A stretch of DNA of 64,000 nt from Candidatus Sumerlaeaceae bacterium (GCA_051003195.1 JBPCLP010000017.1:32001-96000), one strand, 5' to 3'; counted from the stretch's first letter, positions 39,270 to 49,913 are shown. Notes: generated from the sequence alone by a model not told the origin. Program-made: numbers and translations.

Positions 39270-39935
39270 ATGCATAAAATTGTAATCATGTTGCTGAGTA
39301 TTTACACGTGCGTTTCGACCTGCGGTCTGGCTCAAGACAACCTGGACGGCTGGACGAAGTTGTTTAACGGTACCGACTTTACTGGCTGGACGCAGTTTTT
39401 GCCGCCGGACAGCAAGCTTAAGCCGGGCGACGTATGGTCGATCAAGGACGAGACTATCATCTGCCAGGGAAATGCAAACGGCTATCTCTCGACCGAGAAA
39501 GAATATTCGAACTACGAGCTGCGCCTGCAATGGCGTTGGGGCGATAAAGTGACTTCCAGCCGCAACAGTGGCGTGTTGCTCCACGTGAATGGTGCAGACA
39601 AACTTTGGCCGAAAAGCGCCGAGGCGCAATTGCAGTCGGGCAGCGCTGGCGACTTCTGGTTGATCGACAAGTTTAAACTCGAAATAGATCCCGCGCGTAA
39701 GGATCCCAAATCGGGAATTCACTATTTCCGCATGAAGGCTGAAGGTGTTGAAAAGGCGGTGGGCGAATGGAACCGCTATGACGTCACGTGCACGAGCGAC
39801 ACAATCCACCTGAAGGTGAATGGTCAGGTCGTTAACGAGGGCAGGCACCCGGAAACCTCACACGGCAGAATTTGTCTGCAATCCGAAGGCGCTGAAATCC
39901 ATTTTCGCGATGTGCAAATTCGGCAGATTAAGTAA
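39270..39935 (+). CDS. DUF1080 (3-keto-disaccharide hydrolase-like) secreted protein
   Basis: Signal peptide; LFNGTDFTGW, NSGVLL, GEWNRY, GRICLQSEGAEIHFR. Confidence 0.88.
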   Translation: MHKIVIMLLSIYTCVSTCGLAQDNLDGWTKLFNGTDFTGWTQFLPPDSKLKPGDVWSIKDETIICQGNANGYLSTEKEYSNYELRLQWRWGDKVTSSRNSGVLLHVNGADKLWPKSAEAQLQSGSAGDFWLIDKFKLEIDPARKDPKSGIHYFRMKAEGVEKAVGEWNRYDVTCTSDTIHLKVNGQVVNEGRHPETSHGRICLQSEGAEIHFRDVQIRQIK

Positions 39936-40142
39936 TGCACCACATGGCTTAACTTTAAGGAAGCCCGCACTTAAGAGCCGTCTGCCGCCGCTTTTTCACT
40001 TGTCAGCGCACACTGCTCGGGGTTTCGCTGGGGGCGCCATCAAACCTTTAGCGCGGTTTGCCGGTCTGTTGTGATGGCAGCTCTTGACCGACGAAGCATG
40101 TAGGAAGGGAGACTGCACCACTGTAGCATTCAGGAGGAGAAG

Positions 40143-41219
40143 ATGCGTCTCTCGGCATTACGGTTTGTACTCGGCCTTTTCTTAGTGGCCAGTGCTGCGT
40201 TGGCAGGTGCCGTCGGTGTAGCACACGACGGTGCGTACCGCGTCCATACAACTGAACGCGAACCCGCGGACCCGGGAGAAAACATCCGTATCGTACCGCC
40301 ACCCACAGGCGGAGTACTCAAGGTCGACATCCGTACCGACAAGGCGCGCTACCACGTTTACGATCCCATGCAGGTGTTTTTCTCCGTAAATCGCGATTCG
40401 TATGTATATGTCTTCGACACGGATCCCGCGGGAATTACCCGGCAAATATTCCCCAACTATTATGATACCGATAACTATTTGCGCGCCGGCAAAACCTATT
40501 ATGTTCCGGATCGCGGCTATGACCTGGAAGTGACCGGCCCGCAGGGACGTTCAACTCTGACGATCGTCGCACTCGTACAGGATTTTCACTTCCTCAACGA
40601 GTACCGCTATTACACCAGGCAGGACCCGTATCCCGCCAGCCGCGAGGGTGCGACTGCCATGGTGCGCCAGATCGAACAATTCCGCGCGGAACCCAGCGCC
40701 TTGGGAGTGCATCCACTGCGTCCGGCTCTGAAAGAAAACATTTGGGCAGTCGAACACACCACTTATTATGTAATGGGGAACGAGCGTGTACAGCCCCCGG
40801 TTTACAAGACGCCGCGGTATGGCCGCTTGGACATCGACAGCTATCCGAGCAACGCACGCATCTATATCGACGCCGATTATTATGGCCGTACGTCACAGGT
40901 CATCGACAGGCTGGAAATCGGCTATCATCGCCTGCGGCTCGAGAAGGAAGGCTACCTGCCCTACGAGTGCCATATCTACATCAAAGGTAACGAGACCAAG
41001 CAGATGGATATCTTCCTGACGCAGACGCCGGTCATGCCGGCCCAGGAAAAACATGATGGGCAAATGCGCGGTGGCAGTACCTTTGGATTCTTTAACGAAA
41101 ACGCCGAGGGCGCAGGAGCTGCCTGCCCGCCCGGTACCGTACCAGTCATGGCTCCTGTTGCTCCCGCACCGCAGCAGAAGGCTGCACCTGCGTGGGACGA
41201 AGCCGCACCCGAGAAGTAG
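40143..41219 (+). CDS. Secreted DUF4384-like plus PEGA domain protein
   Basis: Signal peptide; YVYVFDTDPAG...IFPN; IDSYPSNARIYID...GYHRLRLEKEGY; AGGAGG SD. Confidence 0.78.
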   Translation: MRLSALRFVLGLFLVASAALAGAVGVAHDGAYRVHTTEREPADPGENIRIVPPPTGGVLKVDIRTDKARYHVYDPMQVFFSVNRDSYVYVFDTDPAGITRQIFPNYYDTDNYLRAGKTYYVPDRGYDLEVTGPQGRSTLTIVALVQDFHFLNEYRYYTRQDPYPASREGATAMVRQIEQFRAEPSALGVHPLRPALKENIWAVEHTTYYVMGNERVQPPVYKTPRYGRLDIDSYPSNARIYIDADYYGRTSQVIDRLEIGYHRLRLEKEGYLPYECHIYIKGNETKQMDIFLTQTPVMPAQEKHDGQMRGGSTFGFFNENAEGAGAACPPGTVPVMAPVAPAPQQKAAPAWDEAAPEK

Positions 41220-41290
41220 AGAATCCCGTATTTGCTTTTCTGTGCGTTGAAGTGGGTCAGTGGTTCGCATCTGGCTAGCTCCGCTCGCGC

Positions 41291-42688
41291 ATGAGACTCG
41301 AAGAAGTAGCACATGCGAAGTTTGTCATACTCGGCGCAGCGCGGAGCGGAGTTGCCGCGGCAAAACTGCTGAAGCGACGCGGCGCAGATGTCGTTATTGC
41401 AGACGAAAAGGCAGTCTGCGCAGCCACCGCGACGCTGAACGAGCTTGATGCCGTCGACGTACGCAGCTTTTGGGGCGAGCGAGGCATTGAGTCCCTCGCC
41501 GGACGCACCGTTATGGTAAAAAGTCCGGGGATACCTCAAGGCAATGCAGTAGTCACTGAAGCACGCCGCCGTGGAATTCGCGTCATCAGCGAGATTGAGT
41601 TCGCGTCGGCTTTCGTTTCACCTGCTGCGAGGATCGTAGCCATTACCGGCACGAACGGCAAGACCACAACCACAGCATGGATCGCACACATACTGCAGGC
41701 TGCCGGTTTCAACGCTGTCTTAGCAGGGAATATCGGCGATGCCTGGAGCAATAGCGCCGACCTCCCTCAGAACCAGACTGACCGAACCGTTTTTGTCGTC
41801 GAGTGCAGCAGCTTTCAGCTCGAGGATATCGAGCACTTCCACCCGCACATAGCGCTGCTCACCAACTTTTCGCCCGACCACATGGATCGCTACGACGACG
41901 ATCTTGCGAAATACGCGGCTGCGAAGCGCAACATACTTAAAAACATGACCGTGCAGGACGTCTTTGTCTTGAACGCGGACGACGAAGCCAGCCGGGGATT
42001 TGGTTCCGATTGTCCGGCTCAGGTCTGGAGATTCGGGCGCTCCAATCCTGAACTGATAAAGGGCCCCGGGGCTTTTACGCTCAATGGCGACATCTCGTTG
42101 CGCACCGGCCCAGACCATTCACACCCAATTCTGCCGGCCGCCCAAATGCCTGTCCCAGGAGGGCACAATCTGGAAAATGCGCTCGCCGCCGCAGTGGCAT
42201 CGCATCTTGCGGGAGCGTCGGACCAAGCAATTCGTGAGGGCCTCCTTACTTTTAAGGGCGTCGAGCATCGCATCGAACTATGCGGCGTGCGCGCCGACGG
42301 CGTCCGTTTCTACAACGACAGCAAGGCCACCAACCTCGATGCGATGGAAAAGGCACTGAAGGCTTTCGAAAAACCCATCATCGTCATCGCCGGCGGACGC
42401 GACGCACACAGCGACTACACCAGTATCAATGATCTTGTGCAGCGCTACGTAAAGCGCCTGATCACCATCGGTGAAGCTGCACCCCTGATCGAATCCGCCT
42501 GGAGCGAATTGGTCCCAACTCACCGTGCTGACAGCATGGCCGACGCCGTCCGTCGCGCCGCCGAAGCAGCCGATCCAAACGATATCATCGTTCTCTCACC
42601 TGCATGCAAAAGCTTCGACATGTACAACAACTTCGAAGAGCGTGGGCGGGACTTTAAGCAGTGCGTCCAAAGTGTTCTAAATGAGTAA
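41291..42688 (+). CDS. murD: UDP-MurNAc-L-Ala--D-Glu ligase
   Basis: GAARSG, ITGTNGKTTT, ECSSFQL, YNDSKATN, LSPACKSFD. Confidence 0.97.
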   Translation: MRLEEVAHAKFVILGAARSGVAAAKLLKRRGADVVIADEKAVCAATATLNELDAVDVRSFWGERGIESLAGRTVMVKSPGIPQGNAVVTEARRRGIRVISEIEFASAFVSPAARIVAITGTNGKTTTTAWIAHILQAAGFNAVLAGNIGDAWSNSADLPQNQTDRTVFVVECSSFQLEDIEHFHPHIALLTNFSPDHMDRYDDDLAKYAAAKRNILKNMTVQDVFVLNADDEASRGFGSDCPAQVWRFGRSNPELIKGPGAFTLNGDISLRTGPDHSHPILPAAQMPVPGGHNLENALAAAVASHLAGASDQAIREGLLTFKGVEHRIELCGVRADGVRFYNDSKATNLDAMEKALKAFEKPIIVIAGGRDAHSDYTSINDLVQRYVKRLITIGEAAPLIESAWSELVPTHRADSMADAVRRAAEAADPNDIIVLSPACKSFDMYNNFEERGRDFKQCVQSVLNE

Positions 42689-42700
42689 GGAAACGTGAGA

Positions 42701-43024
42701 TCAAGGCCTCGGACTCTTTGCCACACGACGCCTTGCGCCGATTTGCACTTGCCGCGACACGCGTTTCTTTTCGAGGTGCTCGGCCAGGATAATCTTAATA
42801 AGCGACTGGTATGCAACGTCCTGTTGATTCGCCGCTATCTTAAGCTCTTCTAGCATCGTAACCGGCAGCCGAAGGGATATAGTCTTCAGGCTGGGACGCA
42901 ACTTCGGGAAAGTAACTCGGCGAGCTTTGGACCAATCGATATAATCGCACGAGTCATGAGATCCCAAGAACGCCCGCTCCTCGTCTTCATTTTTGAATTT
43001 CGGGATTGTTTTCAATTTGCCCAA
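42701..43024 (-). CDS. BrnA/CopG-type antitoxin
   Basis: IPKFKNEDEERAF...HDSCDYIDW...TISLRLP...YQSLIK. Confidence 0.82.
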   Translation of the reverse strand: MGKLKTIPKFKNEDEERAFLGSHDSCDYIDWSKARRVTFPKLRPSLKTISLRLPVTMLEELKIAANQQDVAYQSLIKIILAEHLEKKRVSRQVQIGARRRVAKSPRP

Positions 43025-43094
43025 GATAGCTCCTTTGCTCCGCCTTGGTCATATCGCGCGCGGTAATAACCCGGATTTTCTGTTTACGACTCAA
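42987..43094 (-). pseudogene. C-terminal remnant of a BrnT-type toxin
   Basis: Translates to LSRKQKIRVITARDMTKAEQRSY..., the BrnT C-terminal motif; overlaps the antitoxin start; no room for the N-terminus before the purH stop. Confidence 0.65.
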
Positions 43095-43106
43095 CCATAT
43101 ACAATC

Positions 43107-44702
43107 TCAATGGCGGAAATGCCGCATCCCCGTGAACACCAGGATCATATGATGCTCATCCGCCGCGGTGATCACTTCCTCATCCCGTACACTACCGCCC
43201 GGCTGGATGATTGCCCGAATACCAATATCCGCCGCCCGATCCACATTGTCCCGGAAGGGGAAAAACGCATCGCTCGCCATATACGCTCCGCGCACCGGGC
43301 GCTGTGCTTTCACCGCGCCAATGTTAGTCGAATCGATCCGGCTCATCTGCCCCGCGCCAATACCGATTGTCGCACTCTTCGAGGTGTAAACAATCGCATT
43401 GCTCTTGGTAAACTTGGCCACGCGCCACGCAAACAGCAGGCCATCGATGTCTTCTTCCGTTGGCCGCTCTTTTGAAACAACCTTCAACCCCTCGCGCATC
43501 ACCACACCCATGTCGCGGTCCTGCACAAGCAATCCTCCGACCACACTTCGCAGCATCATCTGCGGCGCCGGATCCGAAAACGCACCCGTCGACAACACGC
43601 GTATATTCTTCTTCTTTGTCAGCGTTGCCAGTGCCTCATCCGAATACCCAGGCGCGATCACCGCCTCCAGGAAAAGCTGCCCAACTTCCTCCGCCGTTTC
43701 CGCATCCACTTCGCGGTTTAGACCGACAATTCCGCCAAACGAACTCGTCGGATCGCACTCGCGCGCGGCTTTGTATGCATCCACCAGCTTCTCCGCTTTG
43801 GCAACACCACACGGATTGTTATGCTTGATTATTACACACGCTGGCGATTCCGGAAAAGAGCGCGCGATTTCCAGCGCGGCGTCGAGGTCCAGGATATTGT
43901 TGTAGCTCAGCTCTTTACCATGAAGCTGCTTCGCGTTCGCGACAGACGTCTCTGCATCCACACTGTTCTGGTAAAATGCTGCGCGCTGGTGCGGATTCTC
44001 ACCATAACGCAGGTCTTGTAGTTTCTCAAACCCCACAAGAAGGTCGGCCGGAAACAGAATCTCCTTCTCGCGATTCTCGAGCGCCTGCTCCAGCGCCACC
44101 GACTGCCCAATCTGGTTGTTCAGATACTCCGAGATTTTCGCGTCATACTGCGACGTATCAAGCAATGCCTGCCATGCCAGGGCTTGCCGGCTTTCTGCTT
44201 CATCATCACCATTAAACGATCCGTTCACCATCGCCTCAGCCACTTCCATGCTTTGCCGCGACGAGCAAACGACCACATGCTTAAAGTTTTTCGCTGCCGC
44301 TCGAATCAGCGAGACGCCCCCGATATCGATTTGCTCAACCGCATCATCCAGCGTCACACCCACGCGCGCGATCGTTTCTTCGAACGGATAGAGGCTCACC
44401 GCGACAAGATCGATCGGCCTGACCCCCTGCTCCTCGAGCGTCTTCATGTCTTCCGGGTTGTCGCGCCGCGCCAGGATCCCGGCAAAAATCTTTGGGTGCA
44501 GCGTCTTCACGCGCCCACCAAGAATCTCCGCCTGGCCCGTGTACTCCGACACGCTAGTCGCGGGAATTCCACGTTCGCGCAAAAAGGCCAGCGTGCCGCC
44601 GGTAGATAGGATCTCGACACCATGTTCGGTGAGCGACCGGCCGAAAGTTTCAAGGCCGGTTTTATCGTGAAGGCTTAGAAGAGCTGTTTTGATCTGGGAC
44701 AT
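43107..44702 (-). CDS. purH: Bifunctional AICAR transformylase / IMP cyclohydrolase
   Basis: [41 protein letters not shown]. Confidence 0.98.
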   Translation of the reverse strand: MSQIKTALLSLHDKTGLETFGRSLTEHGVEILSTGGTLAFLRERGIPATSVSEYTGQAEILGGRVKTLHPKIFAGILARRDNPEDMKTLEEQGVRPIDLVAVSLYPFEETIARVGVTLDDAVEQIDIGGVSLIRAAAKNFKHVVVCSSRQSMEVAEAMVNGSFNGDDEAESRQALAWQALLDTSQYDAKISEYLNNQIGQSVALEQALENREKEILFPADLLVGFEKLQDLRYGENPHQRAAFYQNSVDAETSVANAKQLHGKELSYNNILDLDAALEIARSFPESPACVIIKHNNPCGVAKAEKLVDAYKAARECDPTSSFGGIVGLNREVDAETAEEVGQLFLEAVIAPGYSDEALATLTKKKNIRVLSTGAFSDPAPQMMLRSVVGGLLVQDRDMGVVMREGLKVVSKERPTEEDIDGLLFAWRVAKFTKSNAIVYTSKSATIGIGAGQMSRIDSTNIGAVKAQRPVRGAYMASDAFFPFRDNVDRAADIGIRAIIQPGGSVRDEEVITAADEHHMILVFTGMRHFRH

Positions 44703-44763
44703 GGCCCGCTACGCTGAACCCCTAACCCCGCGACGCAATTCAAAAAACTTTACCGGCACATTT

Positions 44764-44800
44764 TACAGGCCCCGTTCGGAGTACAGGCTTTAGCCTGGGC
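44764..44800 (+). repeat. REP-like palindrome, copy 1
   Basis: TACAGGCCCCGTTCGGAGTACAGGCTTTAGCCTGGGC; identical over 37 bp to the reverse complement of 47652-47688; core hairpin CAGGCT-tt-AGCCTG. Confidence 0.8.
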
Positions 44801-44858
44801 CGACGTAACCTAACCAGGGAACGTATCCAGTAACGCGATCGATACTACACGACCTTCG

Positions 44859-45674
44859 TTACTTCTCCCGCAGCACAATCCCCCGCGACGCAGCGTATTC
44901 CCGCGCTTCATCCGTTATAACCGTTCCCGGGGTGTAAAGCAGTTCCTTCTGCCCCCGCGACATCGCGTTCCATACATCCTCGGCCGTGATAAACTGCCTT
45001 TTCGGCGCCATCCTCTGTTTCGCGAGCCGCTCAGGCGTCTCATTAATTTCCGGGCGGAAAATCTCTGCGATACAACTCGCCAAATTCCCCGACGTAAAGC
45101 GAACGCCCATCTGCTGCAGCTTGTGCAGATGATCGTCCGCCACGCGCACGATCGCATGCGCCGCTCCCGGCGCGCCGTCCTGTATCATCTGTCGATGCGC
45201 CGACAGGTCGGTCGCGACACAAACCGGTTTGCCGCTCATGAGCATACCGCGAATCAATCGCGACGGCATCGAATCCTCGATTCCCGCCGCCACCTTTGAC
45301 GCCGTGTTCGTCGAAACAAACGCCGCAATCAGCGCATCCGCCGATCGTACCGCATCCGATTGCTGTTTCTCGTCATTCGCCTGCAGCAGCCCCGTACCCT
45401 TGGGCAGCTTCTCCAATACCGAGTTGCCATGAAACTGCGAAAACGTATGGCTCGGCGCTGCGACGATCCGATATCCCTGCCCCGCCAGGCTGGCCACCTC
45501 GGCAAAAAAATCGTCGCCCGGCATCAGGTCCAACGTAAAGAGCACAATCAGCGTTCGACCCTCGGGCCCCGCCTGGCCCGCTGCGCCCTGCGCTTCGCGC
45601 CTTCGCAGCACGGCAATCACCACCTCGCGAATCTGCGCGCGCAGTCGCTCTAACTCTGGCTGAGAGATATCCAA
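44859..45674 (-). CDS. Microcompartment-associated flavoprotein-like protein
   Basis: STNTASKVAAGIEDS flavoprotein-like motif; C-terminal FITAEDV...GTVITDEAREYAASRGI module; N-terminal amphipathic helix; next to a BMC gene. Confidence 0.7.
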   Translation of the reverse strand: MDISQPELERLRAQIREVVIAVLRRREAQGAAGQAGPEGRTLIVLFTLDLMPGDDFFAEVASLAGQGYRIVAAPSHTFSQFHGNSVLEKLPKGTGLLQANDEKQQSDAVRSADALIAAFVSTNTASKVAAGIEDSMPSRLIRGMLMSGKPVCVATDLSAHRQMIQDGAPGAAHAIVRVADDHLHKLQQMGVRFTSGNLASCIAEIFRPEINETPERLAKQRMAPKRQFITAEDVWNAMSRGQKELLYTPGTVITDEAREYAASRGIVLREK

Positions 45675-45699
45675 CAGTTCCCCGACAAAAGGCCTTTTC

Positions 45700-45760
45700 T
45701 AACGGGAGGCAACGGAGAGAACAGAAGATCTTTCTCTGTCGCCTCTGTTCCCCCCTGTTA
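45700..45760. repeat. Short palindromic element with about 9-nt periodic arms
   Basis: TAACGGGAGGCAACGGAGAGAACAGA ... TCTGTCGCCTCTGTTCCCCCCTGTTA. Confidence 0.65.
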
Positions 45761-45834
45761 AATGTTTCGCTTTTATATAAAAACAGCCCGTCCTTTCGAA
45801 CGGGCCGTCCCAATCCTTAATTGTGGCGAAGAGA

Positions 45835-46122
45835 TCAGCCCTGGGGCAGGATCTTCTCGAGATCGTTGTGCGGACGCGCAATCACGTGCACGCTGATCAG
45901 CTCGCCCACGCGGCGGGCTGCGGCAGCACCGCTGTCCGTAGCAGCCTTTACAGCACCTACGTCACCACGCACCATGACCGTAACTAGGCCGCCGCCAACA
46001 TGTTCCTTGCCGATCAGCCGCACATTTGCAGCCTTCACCATGGCATCAGCCGCCTCAATCGCGCCCACCAGGCCGCGCGTCTCGATCAGCCCCAGCGCAT
46101 TGCCGTAAACTTCGTCCGCCAT
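45835..46122 (-). CDS. BMC-H microcompartment shell hexamer (PduA/EutM-like)
   Basis: [26 protein letters not shown]...[14 protein letters not shown]...HVIARPH; GGAGG SD. Confidence 0.95.
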   Translation of the reverse strand: MADEVYGNALGLIETRGLVGAIEAADAMVKAANVRLIGKEHVGGGLVTVMVRGDVGAVKAATDSGAAAARRVGELISVHVIARPHNDLEKILPQG

Positions 46123-46429
46123 CCCTAAAATCCTCCAGAAGAATCAAGTACCTGCCAGCATCAAATCCCCATGACGCTAGGAACGGGTGGTAAGGCTGTC
46201 AATGGCATTATCGGGAATAACCCTGTGATCTGGACACTGTGGACGTTCGGGTTACCAATATGGCGATAAACGCCTGTAAAACAACCGGCCACTTTTCAAT
46301 CTCGGGCGTTTTGCCCGTTGTCGCGGGGCGACAGAATGATGGTCCCCGGATCTTTTAAGGTCCGGTTGCGTCGCCCGCCCCCGATCGTGTCGCGTAGCGA
46401 CACTTGAACATCAGCCACCGCCATTTCCC

Positions 46430-48217
46430 TCACCGCTTCACCGCTGCCTCGTACTGCTTCAGCAACGCGGCCGCCCGCCGGTTCTCGGGCACTTCCGACA
46501 CACTTCGCCGCAGATCTGCACCCAGCGCCAGCCAATCGTCGTTCGTCTTGAGTCTAGCTGCCATGTGCTGTAACGACAACCCGGGGGCGAGCACGCGAAA
46601 CGGCTTCAACGACGAGGAATCCAGCGAACCGCCGCGACGCAGGAAAAGCTGTGAAACCTCGTCCCAATAAACAAGCGCCCACTCCGGACTGCCCGCAAGC
46701 TCATGATACAGATTATTCTTCGGCAGTGCTCGCGTGATTTCGAATCGGCCAACAATCGCCTGAACGCGCCATTTAGCCAGGGTTTCCTTCCAGCCCGGAG
46801 CTCCCGCCCACACGCGCTCATACTCCTGCACTAGCTCCGGACCATACACATCTACGCGGCCGTCCATGGTCACCGGCCATTCCGGGTACAGGCGCCAGAT
46901 CAGGAAACCACCATCGTTATAATCATTCAGCAGCGCGCCATCTGTGTGCAGATGCGCCAGCCGGTTCGTCGCCACTTCGGGAAAACGATTCTGCGCAAGG
47001 CCTATTCCCAGCTTGTGTCCCGCGGACGCATAACAAGTCATCGAAACCGGAATCATCACACACGTGAGCATCAGCACTGCGATCTGTCCGAGCCAGCGTT
47101 GCCTCTCCGGCAGCCGGATGCGCGCAATCAAACTCTCGATGCCGATCGCCACCGGGCCAATCGCCGCCAGCGCAAAAAACGGGATCTGCCGTCGGCTCAT
47201 CACAGCGCCGGCAAGGAAGCCGCCGAACATCAGCCACTGGAAGATACTGATTCTTCGCCACGCCGTCGTTGCCAGCAGTACCGCTACAATCGCGAATGCC
47301 CAGAAAGGCCGGAACGGCACCGAAAAATCCGGCCGCGACCACTCGTAGATCTGTGCGCGAAAACTTTCCTCGCCGACCACCTTAAACGGGAACAGGTAAA
47401 TTTCATAGCCGTGGGGGTTCAACATCGCCGCGAGCATACAAAGCACCAGCGTAATGCTGATTGGCTTTATCGCGGCCCGGTTTCGAATCGCCGCATCAAT
47501 AACGGCGCATGCCAGAACTATAAACCCCAGCAGCACTGCTCCGTGCAGGTTCGCCCACAAAATGAACAGTGGTGGCAAAAGTATCATGCGGAGTAGAGGC
47601 TTGATTCTGGGCTGATTTGATTGTTCATTGATCCCCGGAATCGTACGGCCAGCCCAGGCTAAAGCCTGTACTCCGAACGGGGCCTGTACTCCGAACGGGG
47701 CCTGTACTCCGAACACAACCAAACCGAATAGCAACTCGCTCGCAAGCTGTGGACGAATCTCCGCCATTGATGCCAGGGGCCCCGTCGCCAGAATGCAGGC
47801 TGCAATACAAGCGAGCGTCGACGCTCCGCATATGCGCGCTGCCAATGCGCAAGCCCCAAGCGCACCCACCACCAGTACCAGCCGCGCCGCGTACAGCGCT
47901 TTCCATTCGCCGGCGCGATAGCACAAGTACGCCAGCGCCTGCCACAACCACTCGTGCGTCGTCCACGGCAGCCCCCCTGCATTTGCCGAAAACATGTCCA
48001 CTTTGGGAACAGCCCGATGCCGCACAATCCATTCACCCGTCTTCAAGTGCATCAGCACGTCGGGATCCAGCACTCGCACCCAGAACAACAGCCCCACTGC
48101 GGCGCCAAGCGCGAGCAATGCAAAACCTGCCAGCGCCGATGAAATATTCACGTGCACGCTCGTGGACGTCGTCGAATTTATAATCGAATCTAGTTCGGCG
48201 CTATTCCGAGGTTTCAC
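46430..48217 (-). CDS. Polytopic membrane protein, GT-C-like; carries an in-frame repeat insertion; start uncertain
   Basis: DPDVLMHLKTGEWI, HEWLWQ, IRPQL, LWANLHG, DGRVDVYG; many TM helices. Confidence 0.75.
   Translation of the reverse strand: MKPRNSAELDSIINSTTSTSVHVNISSALAGFALLALGAAVGLLFWVRVLDPDVLMHLKTGEWIVRHRAVPKVDMFSANAGGLPWTTHEWLWQALAYLCYRAGEWKALYAARLVLVVGALGACALAARICGASTLACIAACILATGPLASMAEIRPQLASELLFGLVVFGVQAPFGVQAPFGVQALAWAGRTIPGINEQSNQPRIKPLLRMILLPPLFILWANLHGAVLLGFIVLACAVIDAAIRNRAAIKPISITLVLCMLAAMLNPHGYEIYLFPFKVVGEESFRAQIYEWSRPDFSVPFRPFWAFAIVAVLLATTAWRRISIFQWLMFGGFLAGAVMSRRQIPFFALAAIGPVAIGIESLIARIRLPERQRWLGQIAVLMLTCVMIPVSMTCYASAGHKLGIGLAQNRFPEVATNRLAHLHTDGALLNDYNDGGFLIWRLYPEWPVTMDGRVDVYGPELVQEYERVWAGAPGWKETLAKWRVQAIVGRFEITRALPKNNLYHELAGSPEWALVYWDEVSQLFLRRGGSLDSSSLKPFRVLAPGLSLQHMAARLKTNDDWLALGADLRRSVSEVPENRRAAALLKQYEAAVKR
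47652..47714 (-). repeat. REP-like palindrome, copy 2, with 18-bp tandem expansion inside a CDS
   Basis: GCCTGTACTCCGAACGGG twice plus a 15-bp partial unit; encodes FGVQAPFGVQAPFGVQALAW. Confidence 0.85.
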
Positions 48218-48263
48218 CGTGAACCTTTCGCCACGACATCATAGGCGATATTTAAATGAATTC

Positions 48264-49913
48264 CTACTGCTTTTCCTTCTGCGCCTCGTCGAGCTCATGT
48301 GCCTCTGCCTCCGCTCGATATCCAGGGCCGCGCAGAATCTGCCCCGAACGCGCGCCGGTCAGCTTGCCGTCCGCAATCACGGGCTCACCATTTACGAGCA
48401 CCCAGTCAAATCCCTCCGCGTAATGGTGCGGGTCTTCAAAGGTGGCCGGATCGTTCACGCGCTCCAGGTCAAACACCACCAGGTCTGCAGCCATACCGGG
48501 TCGCAATATGCCACGGTCCATGAACCGGAAGGTACGCGCCGGCAGTGAAGTCATCTTCCGGATGGCATCCTCAAGCCGCAGTAGTTTAATATCGCGTACA
48601 TATCTCGCCAGCACGCGCGCATTGTTGCCATAGCCACGCGGGTGCGGTACCCCGTTCCCGAATTCCCGCACGCCACTGTCCGACGCGAACATCGAGTTGT
48701 GATACTGCGCAATGTTCTGGACGTCCTTTTCATCCATAGAGTGAAACACCATTCCCGATCCGCCGCTCGTGACGATGTCCACGACCACCGCTGCCTGTGC
48801 TTCCCAAGAGTCGCTGTCCTTCCACTTCTTCGCAATTTCGAGCAGGCTCTTCCCGTTAATGGTGGGATCGGGTCGGAAACTGGTCACGTGCGCGTAGTCC
48901 ATGTTCGGACGGCCGCTGCTCTTTCGTTCTTCGATGATGGACTTCAGGATCAACGCCCGCGACGTCGGATCCGTCAGTCGCGCTTTCACGGCTTCGCTCG
49001 TGCCCTCGTTGGCCCAGTCAGGCAGCATCGTGCTGATCCCGGTCGACGACGCCGTATATACATACTGGTCCACCGTCACGTCCTGCCCCGCGGCACGCGC
49101 ATCCTCCACCATCTGCACCGTGTGCGTGCTCTGGCCAAACCGCCGCGGCGACGTAATCTTAAAATGCGAAATCTCGACCGGGCAATTGCCGGCCTTTCCA
49201 ATACTCAGCGCCTCATTGATCGCTTCCGTGATGTTCGTGCCTTCGCTGCGCATGTGCGACGCATAGACGCCATGGTATTTGCCAACAGCCTTTGCCAGTT
49301 CGGCGATTTCCTCGGTTTTCGTATAAGTGCCCGGGGTATAAATCAGCCCGGTCGACATCCCCACGGCACCCGCACGCATCCCGCGCTCTATGATCTCCTG
49401 CATCGCGGCCACTTCTGTCGTCGTCGCCTCACGGCGAACGTTGCCTACGACCTTGCGCCGGATGGTGCCCTGCCCCAGGAGAGAGGCAAAATTGATCCCG
49501 ATGCCTTTTGCAGTATGTGAGGTAAACGCCTCTGCCAGGTTCGTATAGGACGACCCGCAGTTGCCGCTGATGATCGATGTGACCCCCATCCGTACGAAAT
49601 TCTCAGCTGCAGGCATGGTCAGCAGATCGTCCTCGCAGTGGGTGTGCACATCAATGAAGCCCGGCGCCACGTACCGATCTGCCGCCTCGATCACACGCGG
49701 CGCGGTTGAGCCCTCCTCCAGCACGCCGACCGCTGCTACCGTCCGGCTTGTAATTGCGACGTCGCCGCGAAACCACGGTGCTCCGGTGCCGTCGATGATC
49801 CGGGCATTTTTGATAATCAGATCGTAAGCAAGGCCGTGCGAACAGCCCATTATCAGGGCACAAGTGACAAGAATCAGGCGTTTGGACATGCCGGCGGTGG
49901 TATGCATCTCCAA
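48264..49913 (-). CDS. N-acyl-D-amino-acid deacylase (D-aminoacylase family), probably secreted; start uncertain
   Basis: PGFIDVHTH, GNCG, STGLIYTPG, HMRSE, PHPRGYG, ADLVVFD. Confidence 0.9.
   Translation of the reverse strand: MEMHTTAGMSKRLILVTCALIMGCSHGLAYDLIIKNARIIDGTGAPWFRGDVAITSRTVAAVGVLEEGSTAPRVIEAADRYVAPGFIDVHTHCEDDLLTMPAAENFVRMGVTSIISGNCGSSYTNLAEAFTSHTAKGIGINFASLLGQGTIRRKVVGNVRREATTTEVAAMQEIIERGMRAGAVGMSTGLIYTPGTYTKTEEIAELAKAVGKYHGVYASHMRSEGTNITEAINEALSIGKAGNCPVEISHFKITSPRRFGQSTHTVQMVEDARAAGQDVTVDQYVYTASSTGISTMLPDWANEGTSEAVKARLTDPTSRALILKSIIEERKSSGRPNMDYAHVTSFRPDPTINGKSLLEIAKKWKDSDSWEAQAAVVVDIVTSGGSGMVFHSMDEKDVQNIAQYHNSMFASDSGVREFGNGVPHPRGYGNNARVLARYVRDIKLLRLEDAIRKMTSLPARTFRFMDRGILRPGMAADLVVFDLERVNDPATFEDPHHYAEGFDWVLVNGEPVIADGKLTGARSGQILRGPGYRAEAEAHELDEAQKEKQ

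Noticed and set aside
42987..43109. Stop-codon readthrough fusing PurH to the BrnT remnant
   Set aside because: PurH ends at its canonical RHFRH; sharing a frame has a 1-in-3 chance
47652..47714. Possible CRISPR array
   Set aside because: The 18-bp units are contiguous with no spacers, and there are no cas genes
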